Source: Minisyncoccota bacterium (GTDB lineage Bacteria; Patescibacteriota; Minisyncoccia; Phycocordibacterales; UBA6899). Taken from it: DNA of 64,000 nucleotides. Positions 54,808 to 63,446 of this stretch are shown one piece after another (the first letter of the stretch is position 1; each line of letters opens with the position of its first letter). The stretch covers positions 10,566-74,565 of the forward strand of contig DATEZQ010000001.1 in assembly GCA_035583355.1 (NCBI GenBank), read 5' to 3'. Made by a program: the position numbers and the translations under genes. The notes beneath the pieces were generated by a model, which was not told where the DNA came from, did no database searches, and saw only the letters and a list, made by a program, of their open reading frames with translations.

Positions 54808-55122
54808 ATGGCGATGATAAAATGCACAGAATGCGGAAGGGATATTTCAGACCAGGCGTCTACTTGTCCAGCTTGCGGCATACAACTAAAGGAGATCGCA
54901 GTAGAGACGACTAAACCTGTGACAATAGAGTTGACTAGTAAGAAGTGGAAGGTGATAAAGCTTTTTGCATGGCCAGCAGTGATTCTTGGTTTCCTTTGGT
55001 ATATATCAGGAATGCAACAACCTGTACCCCCAACTTCTTCAGGGGTTGGTGCAATGTTCCTCTTTTTTGGAATAATCGGATTAATAGTTGCAAAGCTTGG
55101 AGCTTGGTGGACAAATAAATAA
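54808..55122 (+). CDS. zinc-ribbon membrane protein (104 aa)
   Basis: CTECG...CPACG ribbon followed by two TM helices. Confidence 0.45.
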   Translation: MAMIKCTECGRDISDQASTCPACGIQLKEIAVETTKPVTIELTSKKWKVIKLFAWPAVILGFLWYISGMQQPVPPTSSGVGAMFLFFGIIGLIVAKLGAWWTNK

Positions 55123-55128
55123 TTTCTT

Positions 55129-55389
55129 ATGAAAACCCGCATTACCCTCATCTCCGCATTACTCCTCCTTCCAATGATTGCCTCAGCATTCACGCTTTCC
55201 GACGTGCAGAACTCTGACTTCTGGCCGGGATTCTGGCAGGGACTTACCTTACCATTCCGTCTCTTCTTGCGCTTCTTCATGCATGATCTCGTTATCTTCG
55301 AGCCCGCACGCGCTATCTGGTGGTACCACGTCGGATTCCTCGTAGGAGTCTTCGCAATCTTCACCGGAGGACATCATTCAGCAAAATAA
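55129..55389 (+). CDS. small secreted/membrane protein (86 aa)
   Basis: Signal peptide plus a TM helix. Confidence 0.4.
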   Translation: MKTRITLISALLLLPMIASAFTLSDVQNSDFWPGFWQGLTLPFRLFLRFFMHDLVIFEPARAIWWYHVGFLVGVFAIFTGGHHSAK

Positions 55390-55420
55390 AACATCGGCCA
55401 CTAGTGGCCGATGTGTTTTG
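55386..55420. terminator. bidirectional terminator
   Basis: aaaacatcggccactagtggccgatgtgtttt. Confidence 0.75.
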
Positions 55421-56074
55421 TTATTGCCGTGAGCTCACGGCCGCCGCGCATTCGTAGATGCGCATTTCATGCGGGGAAAGAGCGAAATCGTCGAGTGTGA
55501 GGCCAAGGTGTCCGAGCATTCTTGCTGTCTCTTTCTTGAGACCTCGTCCGAGATTTTCTTTCACGTAATGTTCGATGATGGAAGGCTGGATGGGGAGGAC
55601 TCCGAGGTTGGTAAATGCGTGAACCTCGGATTCCTCGATTCTGTTGCGGGACACGTGTCTTTCGAGGATATACTGCGCTTCTTCCTTGGTGAGTTCACGT
55701 CCGAGGTGGGCAGCATAGAGTTGTGCGTAGCGCAGTGACCCTGTCCCCACGGCCCAGACGAGGAGTTCTTTGTGGAAGCAGCGAGCTTCATTCCCAGAGT
55801 AGCGCTCAGCGAGGGTAATTATGCTCGCCCAATGCTTCCTCATGGAATCCTTGATGATCGTTCTTGCGATCTGCTCCATCTGTTGGGCAGGAAGTTTCAA
55901 CTCGAAGATGCGCTTGATCGCGAATTCGAAATTAAGCTTTGCGAGTCCAAGCATGAACATCGTCAGTATCGTGGTGAACACGAGATTCTCCTTGTGGTTA
56001 TCGTCTGGTCTCTTTATACAATATTCAAATATGATTGTCAAATATACTTTTTCGAGCCCACAAATATAAAACAC
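55421..56074 (-). CDS. hypothetical alpha-helical protein, downstream partner of the SLOG-like gene
   Basis: Coding-like. No family recognised. The start may be internal. Confidence 0.4.
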   Translation of the reverse strand: MFYICGLEKVYLTIIFEYCIKRPDDNHKENLVFTTILTMFMLGLAKLNFEFAIKRIFELKLPAQQMEQIARTIIKDSMRKHWASIITLAERYSGNEARCFHKELLVWAVGTGSLRYAQLYAAHLGRELTKEEAQYILERHVSRNRIEESEVHAFTNLGVLPIQPSIIEHYVKENLGRGLKKETARMLGHLGLTLDDFALSPHEMRIYECAAAVSSRQ

Positions 56075-56090
56075 CCCTCAGGGTGTTTTA

Positions 56091-56621
56091 TTATTCCGCG
56101 ATTGTATATTGCTTATGTAGCGTAATCGGTAATCCCGCAGCCTTTGCTTTATCAATCGTGTCTTGTGTTCCTGAACTCGCATTCACCTGGAATGCATAGA
56201 CTTCATCGGCAACCTTCACTTCACCGTCATGGCGAAGGTTATAGTGCTCCTGTGTAATTTCTCCATCCTCAGGGAGTGCATGCACATGCTCGGGCTTTGC
56301 GCGACGCAAAAGCTTGAGGCAAGTGGCAAGTTCATCAATTGATTCTTGTGTCACTGGCGCATGGCACCAATTCTCGCGATAGTCACGAATGTAGTTCTTG
56401 AGATTCGTGGGCAAGAATACTTGTAGCCTTTCGCCTGAAGGATCATACTCCATCGCTTCCGTCATGGCGAAATAATCAACACCCGTTGCTCCGCCAGTGA
56501 TGATGCCATCACCGCGTTCGAGTACTTCTTTGGCTGCATTACGAACATCCTCCTCAACCTGCTTATTGGTAAGTCTCCAAGTTCCCGTAAATAGTATCCA
56601 ATGCATATATTCAATATACAT
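56091..56621 (-). CDS. SLOG/DprA/LOG-like Rossmann-fold protein
   Basis: IITGGATGVDYFAMTEA resembles the GxAxGxDxxA motif of DprA/Smf/SLOG nucleotide-binding domains. I chose the internal ATG (MYIEYM) as the start. Confidence 0.4.
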   Translation of the reverse strand: MYIEYMHWILFTGTWRLTNKQVEEDVRNAAKEVLERGDGIITGGATGVDYFAMTEAMEYDPSGERLQVFLPTNLKNYIRDYRENWCHAPVTQESIDELATCLKLLRRAKPEHVHALPEDGEITQEHYNLRHDGEVKVADEVYAFQVNASSGTQDTIDKAKAAGLPITLHKQYTIAE

Positions 56622-56687
56622 GGTATGAGATAAAGCGCAAAATACAATTTTGTTGTATGAGTTGCAAAACTGTGCGATGATTGTCCT

Positions 56688-57011
56688 ATGTTTACTATCG
56701 AATTCCTGCGTCATTACCGTGTGCTTGGTTACGCCGTATTTGACCTCACCGTGTCATTCCTCGGTATGGCGCTCCTCGCACCCTTACTTTCGCGTATTAT
56801 GCGCAAGCTTGGCTTTATCGTTCCTATGGTGAACTGGGTCTGGATGACGCTGCCGATTGGCATCCTTACGCATCTCATTGTTGGCAGGATGACCCCGATG
56901 ACCGTACAATTTTTGAATCCAAATGGTGACTACGTGCTCAAAGCGATTGTCTTTGTTATGTTTGTCCTTGGGCTTGTGGGTATCAGGCGCGCAAAGCCTG
57001 TGATGCGATAA
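56688..57011 (+). CDS. small membrane protein (107 aa, hypothetical)
   Basis: Three TM helices. Confidence 0.4.
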   Translation: MFTIEFLRHYRVLGYAVFDLTVSFLGMALLAPLLSRIMRKLGFIVPMVNWVWMTLPIGILTHLIVGRMTPMTVQFLNPNGDYVLKAIVFVMFVLGLVGIRRAKPVMR

Positions 57012-57043
57012 AAGTGCGGTATTGTGCGTACTACATATACAAC

Positions 57044-57625
57044 ATGACCACTCCAATAGATTGCACACTGAACTCTGACGAGGAGCTCGTCACACTTGCA
57101 CTCCAGAACTCGGATTGGTTTTTCTGTCTCGCAAAGCGCTATGAGGAAAAGCTTGCGCGTTATATTGCGCGCATTTCAGGTGGTCACAAAGAAGATGTCG
57201 AAGACACACTGCAAGATGTTTTTGTGAAAACATATCAAAACTTGAACAGTTTTGATACACGACTCAAATTCTCTTCATGGATCTATCGCATTGCGCACAA
57301 TGAATCAATAAGCGCAATGCGCAAGCGTTCCGTGCGTCCCGTGGTGCACCTCGAGGATGAAGACATGCAGAAGTTCGCTGGAACACTCGATATTGAGAAG
57401 GATATCAATAATATCTTCGATAGAGAGATCATCAACAGCATCTTGGCACTTATGGATCAGAAGTATGCTGAAGTACTCACACTTCGTTATCTCGAAGAGA
57501 AGGATTACATCGAGATAGCCGATATTCTCCAGAAGCCGATAAGTACGGTGGGGAATCTCATTAGCCGCGGAAAGAAGTTGTTTAAGGTCGAATATGAAAA
57601 TATAACTAACGAAAAACATGGATAA
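57044..57625 (+). CDS. ECF-type RNA polymerase sigma factor
   Basis: Region 2 (FSSWIYRIAHNESISAMRKR) and region 4 HTH (DYIEIADILQKPISTVGNLISRG). Confidence 0.8.
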   Translation: MTTPIDCTLNSDEELVTLALQNSDWFFCLAKRYEEKLARYIARISGGHKEDVEDTLQDVFVKTYQNLNSFDTRLKFSSWIYRIAHNESISAMRKRSVRPVVHLEDEDMQKFAGTLDIEKDINNIFDREIINSILALMDQKYAEVLTLRYLEEKDYIEIADILQKPISTVGNLISRGKKLFKVEYENITNEKHG

Positions 57626-58382
57626 GGATATTGCAAAGAGCGCAATGGAGCGCATAAAGAAACTCGGCATCACTCCTGAGTCAAAGGCCACGGTTATGCT
57701 CCGCAGACTCAAGTTTTGGGCACCGACAATGATTGCAGGAGCTCTTGCTGCGGTTGCAATAGCTGCAATCTATTTTAATTTAGATGGGAATGATTGGGAT
57801 CTTTTTCCAAGGCTTGGCTTCGGATTCATACTGCACTCAGTGCCATATTTCTGGATTGTAGCCTTCGTTATCCTGGTAGTGCTTGGCGACTTCTACTACG
57901 GGAAGACCGAGGTTGGCTATCGTTACAGTTTCGTACGTATTGCGGGGATATTCATACTCGTCACGATGCTCTTCGGTAGCCTCCTCATGTATATGGGTGC
58001 GGGCCGTATTTTCCAACGCTCTATTCGTGGAGGAGGTGGAGTGCTCCAGAATATGATGTTCCAGCAGACTGAAGTCTGGTCACATCCTGAGCAGGGGTTA
58101 CTCGCAGGGACGATACGTTCTGTTGCTGCAACAAGTTTTGAACTTACAGATTTTGAAAATAAAGTTTGGGCTATTGATATGACTAATGCGTTGGTGCGCA
58201 GTAGGGTACAGCTTGTGCCGGGGACATTGGTAAAGATTATTGGGCAAGCGGCTGGTGATCAATTTATAGCCAGTGAAGTCCGTCCGTGGATGGGTCAGGG
58301 AATGATGAATGGTAGCGGGGTTCACGGAGGTATGTTTGGTGGTGCAGTAGGTGGCGCAGGGAGGAAGGGGATGATGCGATAA
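57618..58382 (+). CDS. membrane protein co-transcribed with the ECF sigma (putative anti-sigma-like), Gly/Met-rich C-terminus
   Basis: Overlaps the sigma stop. Four TM helices. The C-terminus is GQGMMNGSGVHGGMFGGAVGGAGRKGMM. Confidence 0.45.
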   Translation: MDKDIAKSAMERIKKLGITPESKATVMLRRLKFWAPTMIAGALAAVAIAAIYFNLDGNDWDLFPRLGFGFILHSVPYFWIVAFVILVVLGDFYYGKTEVGYRYSFVRIAGIFILVTMLFGSLLMYMGAGRIFQRSIRGGGGVLQNMMFQQTEVWSHPEQGLLAGTIRSVAATSFELTDFENKVWAIDMTNALVRSRVQLVPGTLVKIIGQAAGDQFIASEVRPWMGQGMMNGSGVHGGMFGGAVGGAGRKGMMR

Positions 58383-58440
58383 ATTTGTTTTTGATGCGTA
58401 TTAATAGGTGAAGGCCTTAATTAATATAACTTCAATTACA

Positions 58441-58815
58441 ATGAACAAGAAGATCATTACTGCAGGAGTTGCCACGCTTATCTTGGCAGCAGCTGCATCA
58501 ACTGCATTTGCTTATCAGGGTGACGCTACAAAGCGTGGTCCTAATTACTCGCCAGAGCGCCACACTGCAATGACCGCAGCAATCACAAGCGGTAATTACG
58601 ACGCTTGGAAGCAGCTCCATACTGCAGGTACTCGCGTATCAACAGTTATTACCAAGGACAACTTCCCAAAGTTCGTAGAGATGTGGAAGCTTGAGCAGGC
58701 AGGAAAGACTGCAGAGGCTAAGGTCATCAGGCAGCAGCTCGGTCTTGGTATGGGCGCAGGCATGGCAAATGGCCGTGGTCAAGGAATGGGTCGCGGAATG
58801 CATCGTGGTTTCTAG
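58441..58815 (+). CDS. secreted protein with Gly/Met-rich C-terminus
   Basis: Signal peptide MNKKIITAGVATLILAAAASTAFA. The C-terminus is GLGMGAGMANGRGQGMGRGMHRGF. Confidence 0.5.
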   Translation: MNKKIITAGVATLILAAAASTAFAYQGDATKRGPNYSPERHTAMTAAITSGNYDAWKQLHTAGTRVSTVITKDNFPKFVEMWKLEQAGKTAEAKVIRQQLGLGMGAGMANGRGQGMGRGMHRGF

Positions 58816-58835
58816 GCAAATTAACACCCCATAAA

Positions 58836-58866
58836 GAACATACATAACGTATGTTCTTTGTTGTTT
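58836..58866 (+). terminator. intrinsic terminator
   Basis: aagaacatac-ataa-cgtatgttctt plus a T-run. Confidence 0.7.
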
Positions 58867-58889
58867 ACAGATTTAGTTCTTTGGTGTAT

Positions 58890-58911
58890 CATTCAAATGT
58901 ACATTTGAATG
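58890..58911. promoter_or_regulatory. 22-nt perfect palindrome (operator-like) upstream of the rhodanese gene
   Basis: cattcaaatgt|acatttgaatg. Confidence 0.5.
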
Positions 58912-58954
58912 TAATTTGCACGGTAATGGCAAATATTCAGGCAGTTATTAATAT

Positions 58955-59383
58955 TTGAGCTATATGGCAAAGAAAGAGACCAAAGACACAAAGTTCTATG
59001 TGGGGATTGGTATAACCCTTCTACTTCTTATTGCATTGTTCGTGTTTTTCCCAACACAGCGAATGCAATTGTCGGGCAGTGAATTCATGCAGACGTTTAG
59101 TAAGACAAGCGATGCGGTCTTGCTTGATGTGCGCACGCCGACTGAGTTCGCTGCAGGACACATTGATCAAGCGATCAACGTCGACTACGAGGATGCAACA
59201 TTTGAGTCCGAGATCAAGAAACTTGATCCCTCGAAGACATATTTTGTTTACTGTCGCTCTGGTAACAGGTCGGGAAAGTCCATCACTATTATGAGAGCAA
59301 ATGGATTTCAGCATATTTACGAACTTGCAGGAGGAGTCGTAAGTAGTAAAGATTCGATAAAATTGATTCCTTTGAGTATTTAA
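58955..59383 (+). CDS. rhodanese-domain protein (membrane-anchored)
   Basis: LLDVRTPTEFAAGHI and the active-site CRSGNRS. Confidence 0.8.
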   Translation: MSYMAKKETKDTKFYVGIGITLLLLIALFVFFPTQRMQLSGSEFMQTFSKTSDAVLLDVRTPTEFAAGHIDQAINVDYEDATFESEIKKLDPSKTYFVYCRSGNRSGKSITIMRANGFQHIYELAGGVVSSKDSIKLIPLSI

Positions 59384-59415
59384 GGTTAGTTATTAAGAAA
59401 AATACAAACAACAAT

Positions 59416-59763
59416 ATGTTATATACAAACTTGCATCATATTACGAGCGTTGCGGAGTACCAGAAGGTATTGAGCGAGAACGAGAACGTTATGATTATCT
59501 GTGGACGCATGGGTCCTATGTGTATTCCTGTCTATGGCATCGCCGAGGAGCTCGAGCAGCAGTTCACTCATGTGAAATTCTGTGACTTCGAATTCGATAC
59601 TCCCGCAGCGGATGTTATTCGTGATCTTCCTGAGGTGCAGGGCTTCATGGGTATTCCATTCACGATCTATTACAAGAATGGCAAGGTGGTTAAGGCAACT
59701 TCAAGCATCCAGACGAAGGGTCAGGTAACCGCAATCCTCGAAAAGGAGTTCGGCACAAAGTAG
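59416..59763 (+). CDS. thioredoxin-fold protein with atypical CGRMGPMC active-site region
   Basis: Trx-like length and pattern. Not the canonical WCGPC. Confidence 0.55.
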   Translation: MLYTNLHHITSVAEYQKVLSENENVMIICGRMGPMCIPVYGIAEELEQQFTHVKFCDFEFDTPAADVIRDLPEVQGFMGIPFTIYYKNGKVVKATSSIQTKGQVTAILEKEFGTK

Positions 59764-59768
59764 TACTT

Positions 59769-60704
59769 GTGAAGACTATGGAAAATCATTATGACACTAT
59801 AATTTTGGGAGGCGGACCTGCGGGGCTTACTGCAGGAATCTATCTCTCAAGGGCAAAGCTAAAGACGCTCATTATTAATGAGGGTACTATTGGTGGGCAA
59901 ATGATTTTGACGCATGAAATCGCAAACTATCCCGGAGTGGAAAAGACGAGCGGATATCTGCTTGCCCGGACAATGCAGAAGCAGGCGGAATCATTCGGCA
60001 GCACAATACTTTCGAACAAAACTGTTCGAAGTTTTGTGCTTGATGGTGCACTAAAAGAAGTAATGCTTGATGACGGTATGCGATATACCGCACAAAGTAT
60101 TATCTTTGCGCAAGGCGGGAGATCGCGAACTCTTGGAGTTCCAGGCGAAGAAGAATTGAAGGGTAAGGGAATATCATACTGCGCTACATGTGATGGCGAT
60201 TTCTTTACCGGCAAAGAAATCATTGTGGTCGGCGGAGGGAATTCAGCGCTCGAGGAAGCGGTCTCATTGACGAAGTATGCCAAGAAGGTGACCATTGTGC
60301 ATAAGCTCGGACAGTTCGATGCACACAAGCATGCGATAGAGGAGGCAGAACAGCATCCAAAGGTTGATTTTCTCATGAAGTCTGCAGTAGTCGCCTTTCA
60401 TGGGGCAGAGAAGCTTGAAAGTGTTGATATAAAAAATTTGGAAACGAATGAGGTGGTCAATAGAAAAACTGATGGAGTATTCATATTCATCGGCTATATA
60501 CCAAATACTGAGACACTCATGGGTGTGCTTGATTTGAACCAGGCAGGTGAGATAATGGTTGGAGCGGAGATGGAGACAAGTTTGCCCGGAGTGTTTGCAG
60601 CAGGAGATAGTACACAAAAGCGCTATCGCCAGATTACTACAGCAGTCGCTGATGGTACGATTGCTGCACTTGCTGCTGCTGACTATGTCGAACGCATCAA
60701 ATAA
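59769..60704 (+). CDS. trxB: thioredoxin-disulfide reductase
   Basis: FAD GGGPAGLTAG, redox-active CATCDG and NADPH GGGNSALEEA. Confidence 0.9.
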   Translation: MKTMENHYDTIILGGGPAGLTAGIYLSRAKLKTLIINEGTIGGQMILTHEIANYPGVEKTSGYLLARTMQKQAESFGSTILSNKTVRSFVLDGALKEVMLDDGMRYTAQSIIFAQGGRSRTLGVPGEEELKGKGISYCATCDGDFFTGKEIIVVGGGNSALEEAVSLTKYAKKVTIVHKLGQFDAHKHAIEEAEQHPKVDFLMKSAVVAFHGAEKLESVDIKNLETNEVVNRKTDGVFIFIGYIPNTETLMGVLDLNQAGEIMVGAEMETSLPGVFAAGDSTQKRYRQITTAVADGTIAALAAADYVERIK

Positions 60705-60725
60705 TTATTCGATAACATTGTTATC

Positions 60726-61628
60726 ATGAATTTCTCAAAAAATGTCGGAAAGTGGGATAAGAAAGTGCGCATCGTACTTGCAGTAGTATTTGGCTTAGTT
60801 GCTTTTTACTGGGTCTCTGGGGCATTCGCAGTGCTCTTTTGGGCTCTTGCAGCAGTAATGCTCATTACCGCTATTACAGGCTTTTGTGGGCTCTATAAGC
60901 TCATTGGAGTGAGTACGTTTGTACCAGAGGAAAAATGTCCTGCAGTCCCTGTACGCATTGCATTTGTAGTCTTTGTGCTTGCGCTGCTCACGGTGGGCGG
61001 CTACTATAGCAATTTCTTTACGAAGAAGTTCTATCTTGAGGATTTCAATCGTATGAATAATTTCTACAAGCAGACGCTTTTCTTTACGGGGCAAGAGAAA
61101 CGCGCTGAGGCGGTAGAGAATTACCAGAAGCTGATAATGGCATACGCACCTTTCAGCGCGAAATATCAGTCGTACCATCCTTATGCATTGCGTGGTGATG
61201 GACAGCTCAATAGTGACCTCATTAGGGTGGGGCAAATCATTGCGTCGGTGAACGATAAGGTGAATACTGGTGATCTTAAGGCAGCACATACTGATCTGGA
61301 GCAAGTGCGTCCAGTATTCCAAGAAATCTTTAAGCGCAATAACTTCTCTATGCTTGCAGTAACGCTTGTGGATTTCCATGATGCGATGGAGAAGATACTG
61401 ACTCCTGCGACGGAAAAGAATATAGAGGGTACGCTTGCGGTCTACGGGGAGGTAAGCGAAAAACTCAAAGCCGTTGAGGCTGAAGCGAATGATACAGAGA
61501 TTCAATCGATTCGCCTAAGACTCGATGAGCTCTATCTTCTTGCACAGAAGGGAGAAGCAGCAAAGCTTCCTGAAAAGGGCAATGAGCTTAAGTCAGCATT
61601 TGTAAAAGTGTATCTCGTGCGTGGATAG
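60726..61628 (+). CDS. membrane protein with N-terminal DUF2892-like (YgaP-type) domain
   Basis: NVGKWDKKVRIVLAVVFG...ITGFCGLYKLIGVST matches DUF2892, a domain often linked to rhodanese. Confidence 0.5.
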   Translation: MNFSKNVGKWDKKVRIVLAVVFGLVAFYWVSGAFAVLFWALAAVMLITAITGFCGLYKLIGVSTFVPEEKCPAVPVRIAFVVFVLALLTVGGYYSNFFTKKFYLEDFNRMNNFYKQTLFFTGQEKRAEAVENYQKLIMAYAPFSAKYQSYHPYALRGDGQLNSDLIRVGQIIASVNDKVNTGDLKAAHTDLEQVRPVFQEIFKRNNFSMLAVTLVDFHDAMEKILTPATEKNIEGTLAVYGEVSEKLKAVEAEANDTEIQSIRLRLDELYLLAQKGEAAKLPEKGNELKSAFVKVYLVRG

Positions 61629-61701
61629 TGCTAAAGGAAAACACCCGAGTGTGGTATCGCGGGTGTTTTTTGTTGTCTCGTGCTCGTGTTATGCTTTATT
61701 A

Positions 61702-62343
61702 ATGAGTTTAGGTACGATCCTTATTCTTATTGTGCTTGCTGGCTACGTCAGTAACTGGCTGAACTGGCGCTATCTTAATTACCGCCTCACGCACTACCTC
61801 TATTATATTGGGGCTTTTGTGCATGAGTCATCACATGCACTTTTGTGCTTGTTAACCTTTGCAAAAATCGAAGAGTTCGTTGTGTTCTCTGAGCAGCCCC
61901 ACGTTGCGTATCATAAATCAAAGATTCCGTTCATTGGGAATATGCTCATTTCCTCAGCACCGGTCTTTGGTGGATTACTTTTCCTCTTTTTGCTCAATCA
62001 TTTTGTTTTTGGAAGTTTTTTCACGCCGGTCGTTCCTGACGCAGACACTCGCAGCATATTGATGGCACCACTCTCGCTTTTGCTACAACTCGACGTCTTC
62101 CACTGGCAGAGCTATGCCATGTTGCTCCTGTTGTTAAACGTTGGTGCTATGATCGGTCCATCTATTCAGGACATGAAGAATATGTGGTTCTTGCTTATTC
62201 TACTCTTTTTTGTCGAGATTCCTGAGTTTATGACCTTTGGGCTTGTTGCCCTCGGTCTCATTCTTGCAAATATTCTGCTGCAGATTTTACTTATCTTCAC
62301 TATTTGGTTTGGAGGGAGATGTATCGCACGTATCAGGGGCTAG
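61702..62343 (+). CDS. polytopic membrane protein with HExxH motif (putative metallopeptidase-like)
   Basis: VHESSHALL within or next to a TM helix. I chose the start after the terminator hairpin at 61641-61672. Confidence 0.4.
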   Translation: MSLGTILILIVLAGYVSNWLNWRYLNYRLTHYLYYIGAFVHESSHALLCLLTFAKIEEFVVFSEQPHVAYHKSKIPFIGNMLISSAPVFGGLLFLFLLNHFVFGSFFTPVVPDADTRSILMAPLSLLLQLDVFHWQSYAMLLLLLNVGAMIGPSIQDMKNMWFLLILLFFVEIPEFMTFGLVALGLILANILLQILLIFTIWFGGRCIARIRG

Positions 62344-62365
62344 TGTTATAATCACTCTATACGCT

Positions 62366-62785
62366 ATGAAAAAGCCAATTCCTGCACGTTATTTGCTCGT
62401 TGTGCGTCTCTTCATTGGACTACTTTTGGGTATCCTCGCATATCTTGCGCTTATTCTTGCTGCGCAGTACCACTATATCGCGCGCGAACAAATGGTGCAT
62501 GGCAAGCGGATGCAGATATCGAATTTCCGCAGACAGCACGCTCTTACTGTTGAGGATATTTCACTTATTGAGCCTTGGATGACATTTGATTACATTGCTA
62601 CGGTATTTCGAATTCCGTCTAGTTATATCAAGACGACACTCAATATCGCCGATCCAAGATTTCCTCGAATCACGCTTCATAGATATGCAAAGATCAACAG
62701 GCTCAGCGAGCGTGAGTTTACGCTTGCTGTTATCGATACTGTAGGGAAGTATTTTGTGGAAACGAGTACGGAAGCTAAGGAATAG
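62366..62785 (+). CDS. hypothetical membrane-anchored protein (139 aa)
   Basis: One TM helix. Internal ATG (MKKPIP) chosen as start. Confidence 0.4.
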   Translation: MKKPIPARYLLVVRLFIGLLLGILAYLALILAAQYHYIAREQMVHGKRMQISNFRRQHALTVEDISLIEPWMTFDYIATVFRIPSSYIKTTLNIADPRFPRITLHRYAKINRLSEREFTLAVIDTVGKYFVETSTEAKE

Positions 62786-62790
62786 AAACA

Positions 62791-63369
62791 ATGGATTACG
62801 TACTCTCCATACTACTTTCTTACCTGCTGCTTTACAAATATGTGACGTTATTCATCGTCATGTATGTTGCAGGTTTGCTTATCCCATTTCCTATTAACAC
62901 GCTGGTATTTGCGGCCGGCGTATTTGCAAGCCAAGGATTTTTGAATCTTTGGGCTTCCTTTGGGGTTGCAATATTGGGTAATGTACTTGGGGATTACACT
63001 GGTTATATGCTTACTGCGATATGGAAGCACCGCTACATCAAGCGCAGTCATCTCGAAAAGATCCCTTATCTCCCAAAGCTTGAGGCCTATCTCCGGGAGT
63101 ATGCGGGGCTCACGGTCTTTTTCTCGCGCTTCCTTGGTATTGCAGGGTGTACGGTGAACTTCCTCTCGGGGCTTGCAGGTGTCCCTATGAAGCGTTTTCT
63201 TACGTTCGATATACTCGGCAATGCATTTTCCGCAGGTATCTTCCTCTTTGGAGGTTATATACTCGGAACATTCACTGAGACATTCTCCGATAGCATGAGT
63301 CTCATTGGTCTCATGATTTCGCTCACATTTATTATCATTGTTGTGCTTAAATCAATACAGAGGAAGTAA
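62791..63369 (+). CDS. DedA/VTT-family membrane protein
   Basis: GNVLGDYTGYML and the overall DedA pattern. Confidence 0.75.
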   Translation: MDYVLSILLSYLLLYKYVTLFIVMYVAGLLIPFPINTLVFAAGVFASQGFLNLWASFGVAILGNVLGDYTGYMLTAIWKHRYIKRSHLEKIPYLPKLEAYLREYAGLTVFFSRFLGIAGCTVNFLSGLAGVPMKRFLTFDILGNAFSAGIFLFGGYILGTFTETFSDSMSLIGLMISLTFIIIVVLKSIQRK

Positions 63370-63446
63370 TTAATTACAAGTCAGTAGTGAAATAGGGTAT
63401 AATTACAGAATAATCATTAAGGCTCATTCGAGTGCCTAAAAATAAT

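Noticed and set aside
52940-56700. Integrase or transposase marking the island as a mobile element
   Set aside because: No tyrosine or serine recombinase or transposase motifs were found in any frame. The island call rests only on composition, tRNA adjacency and gene content.
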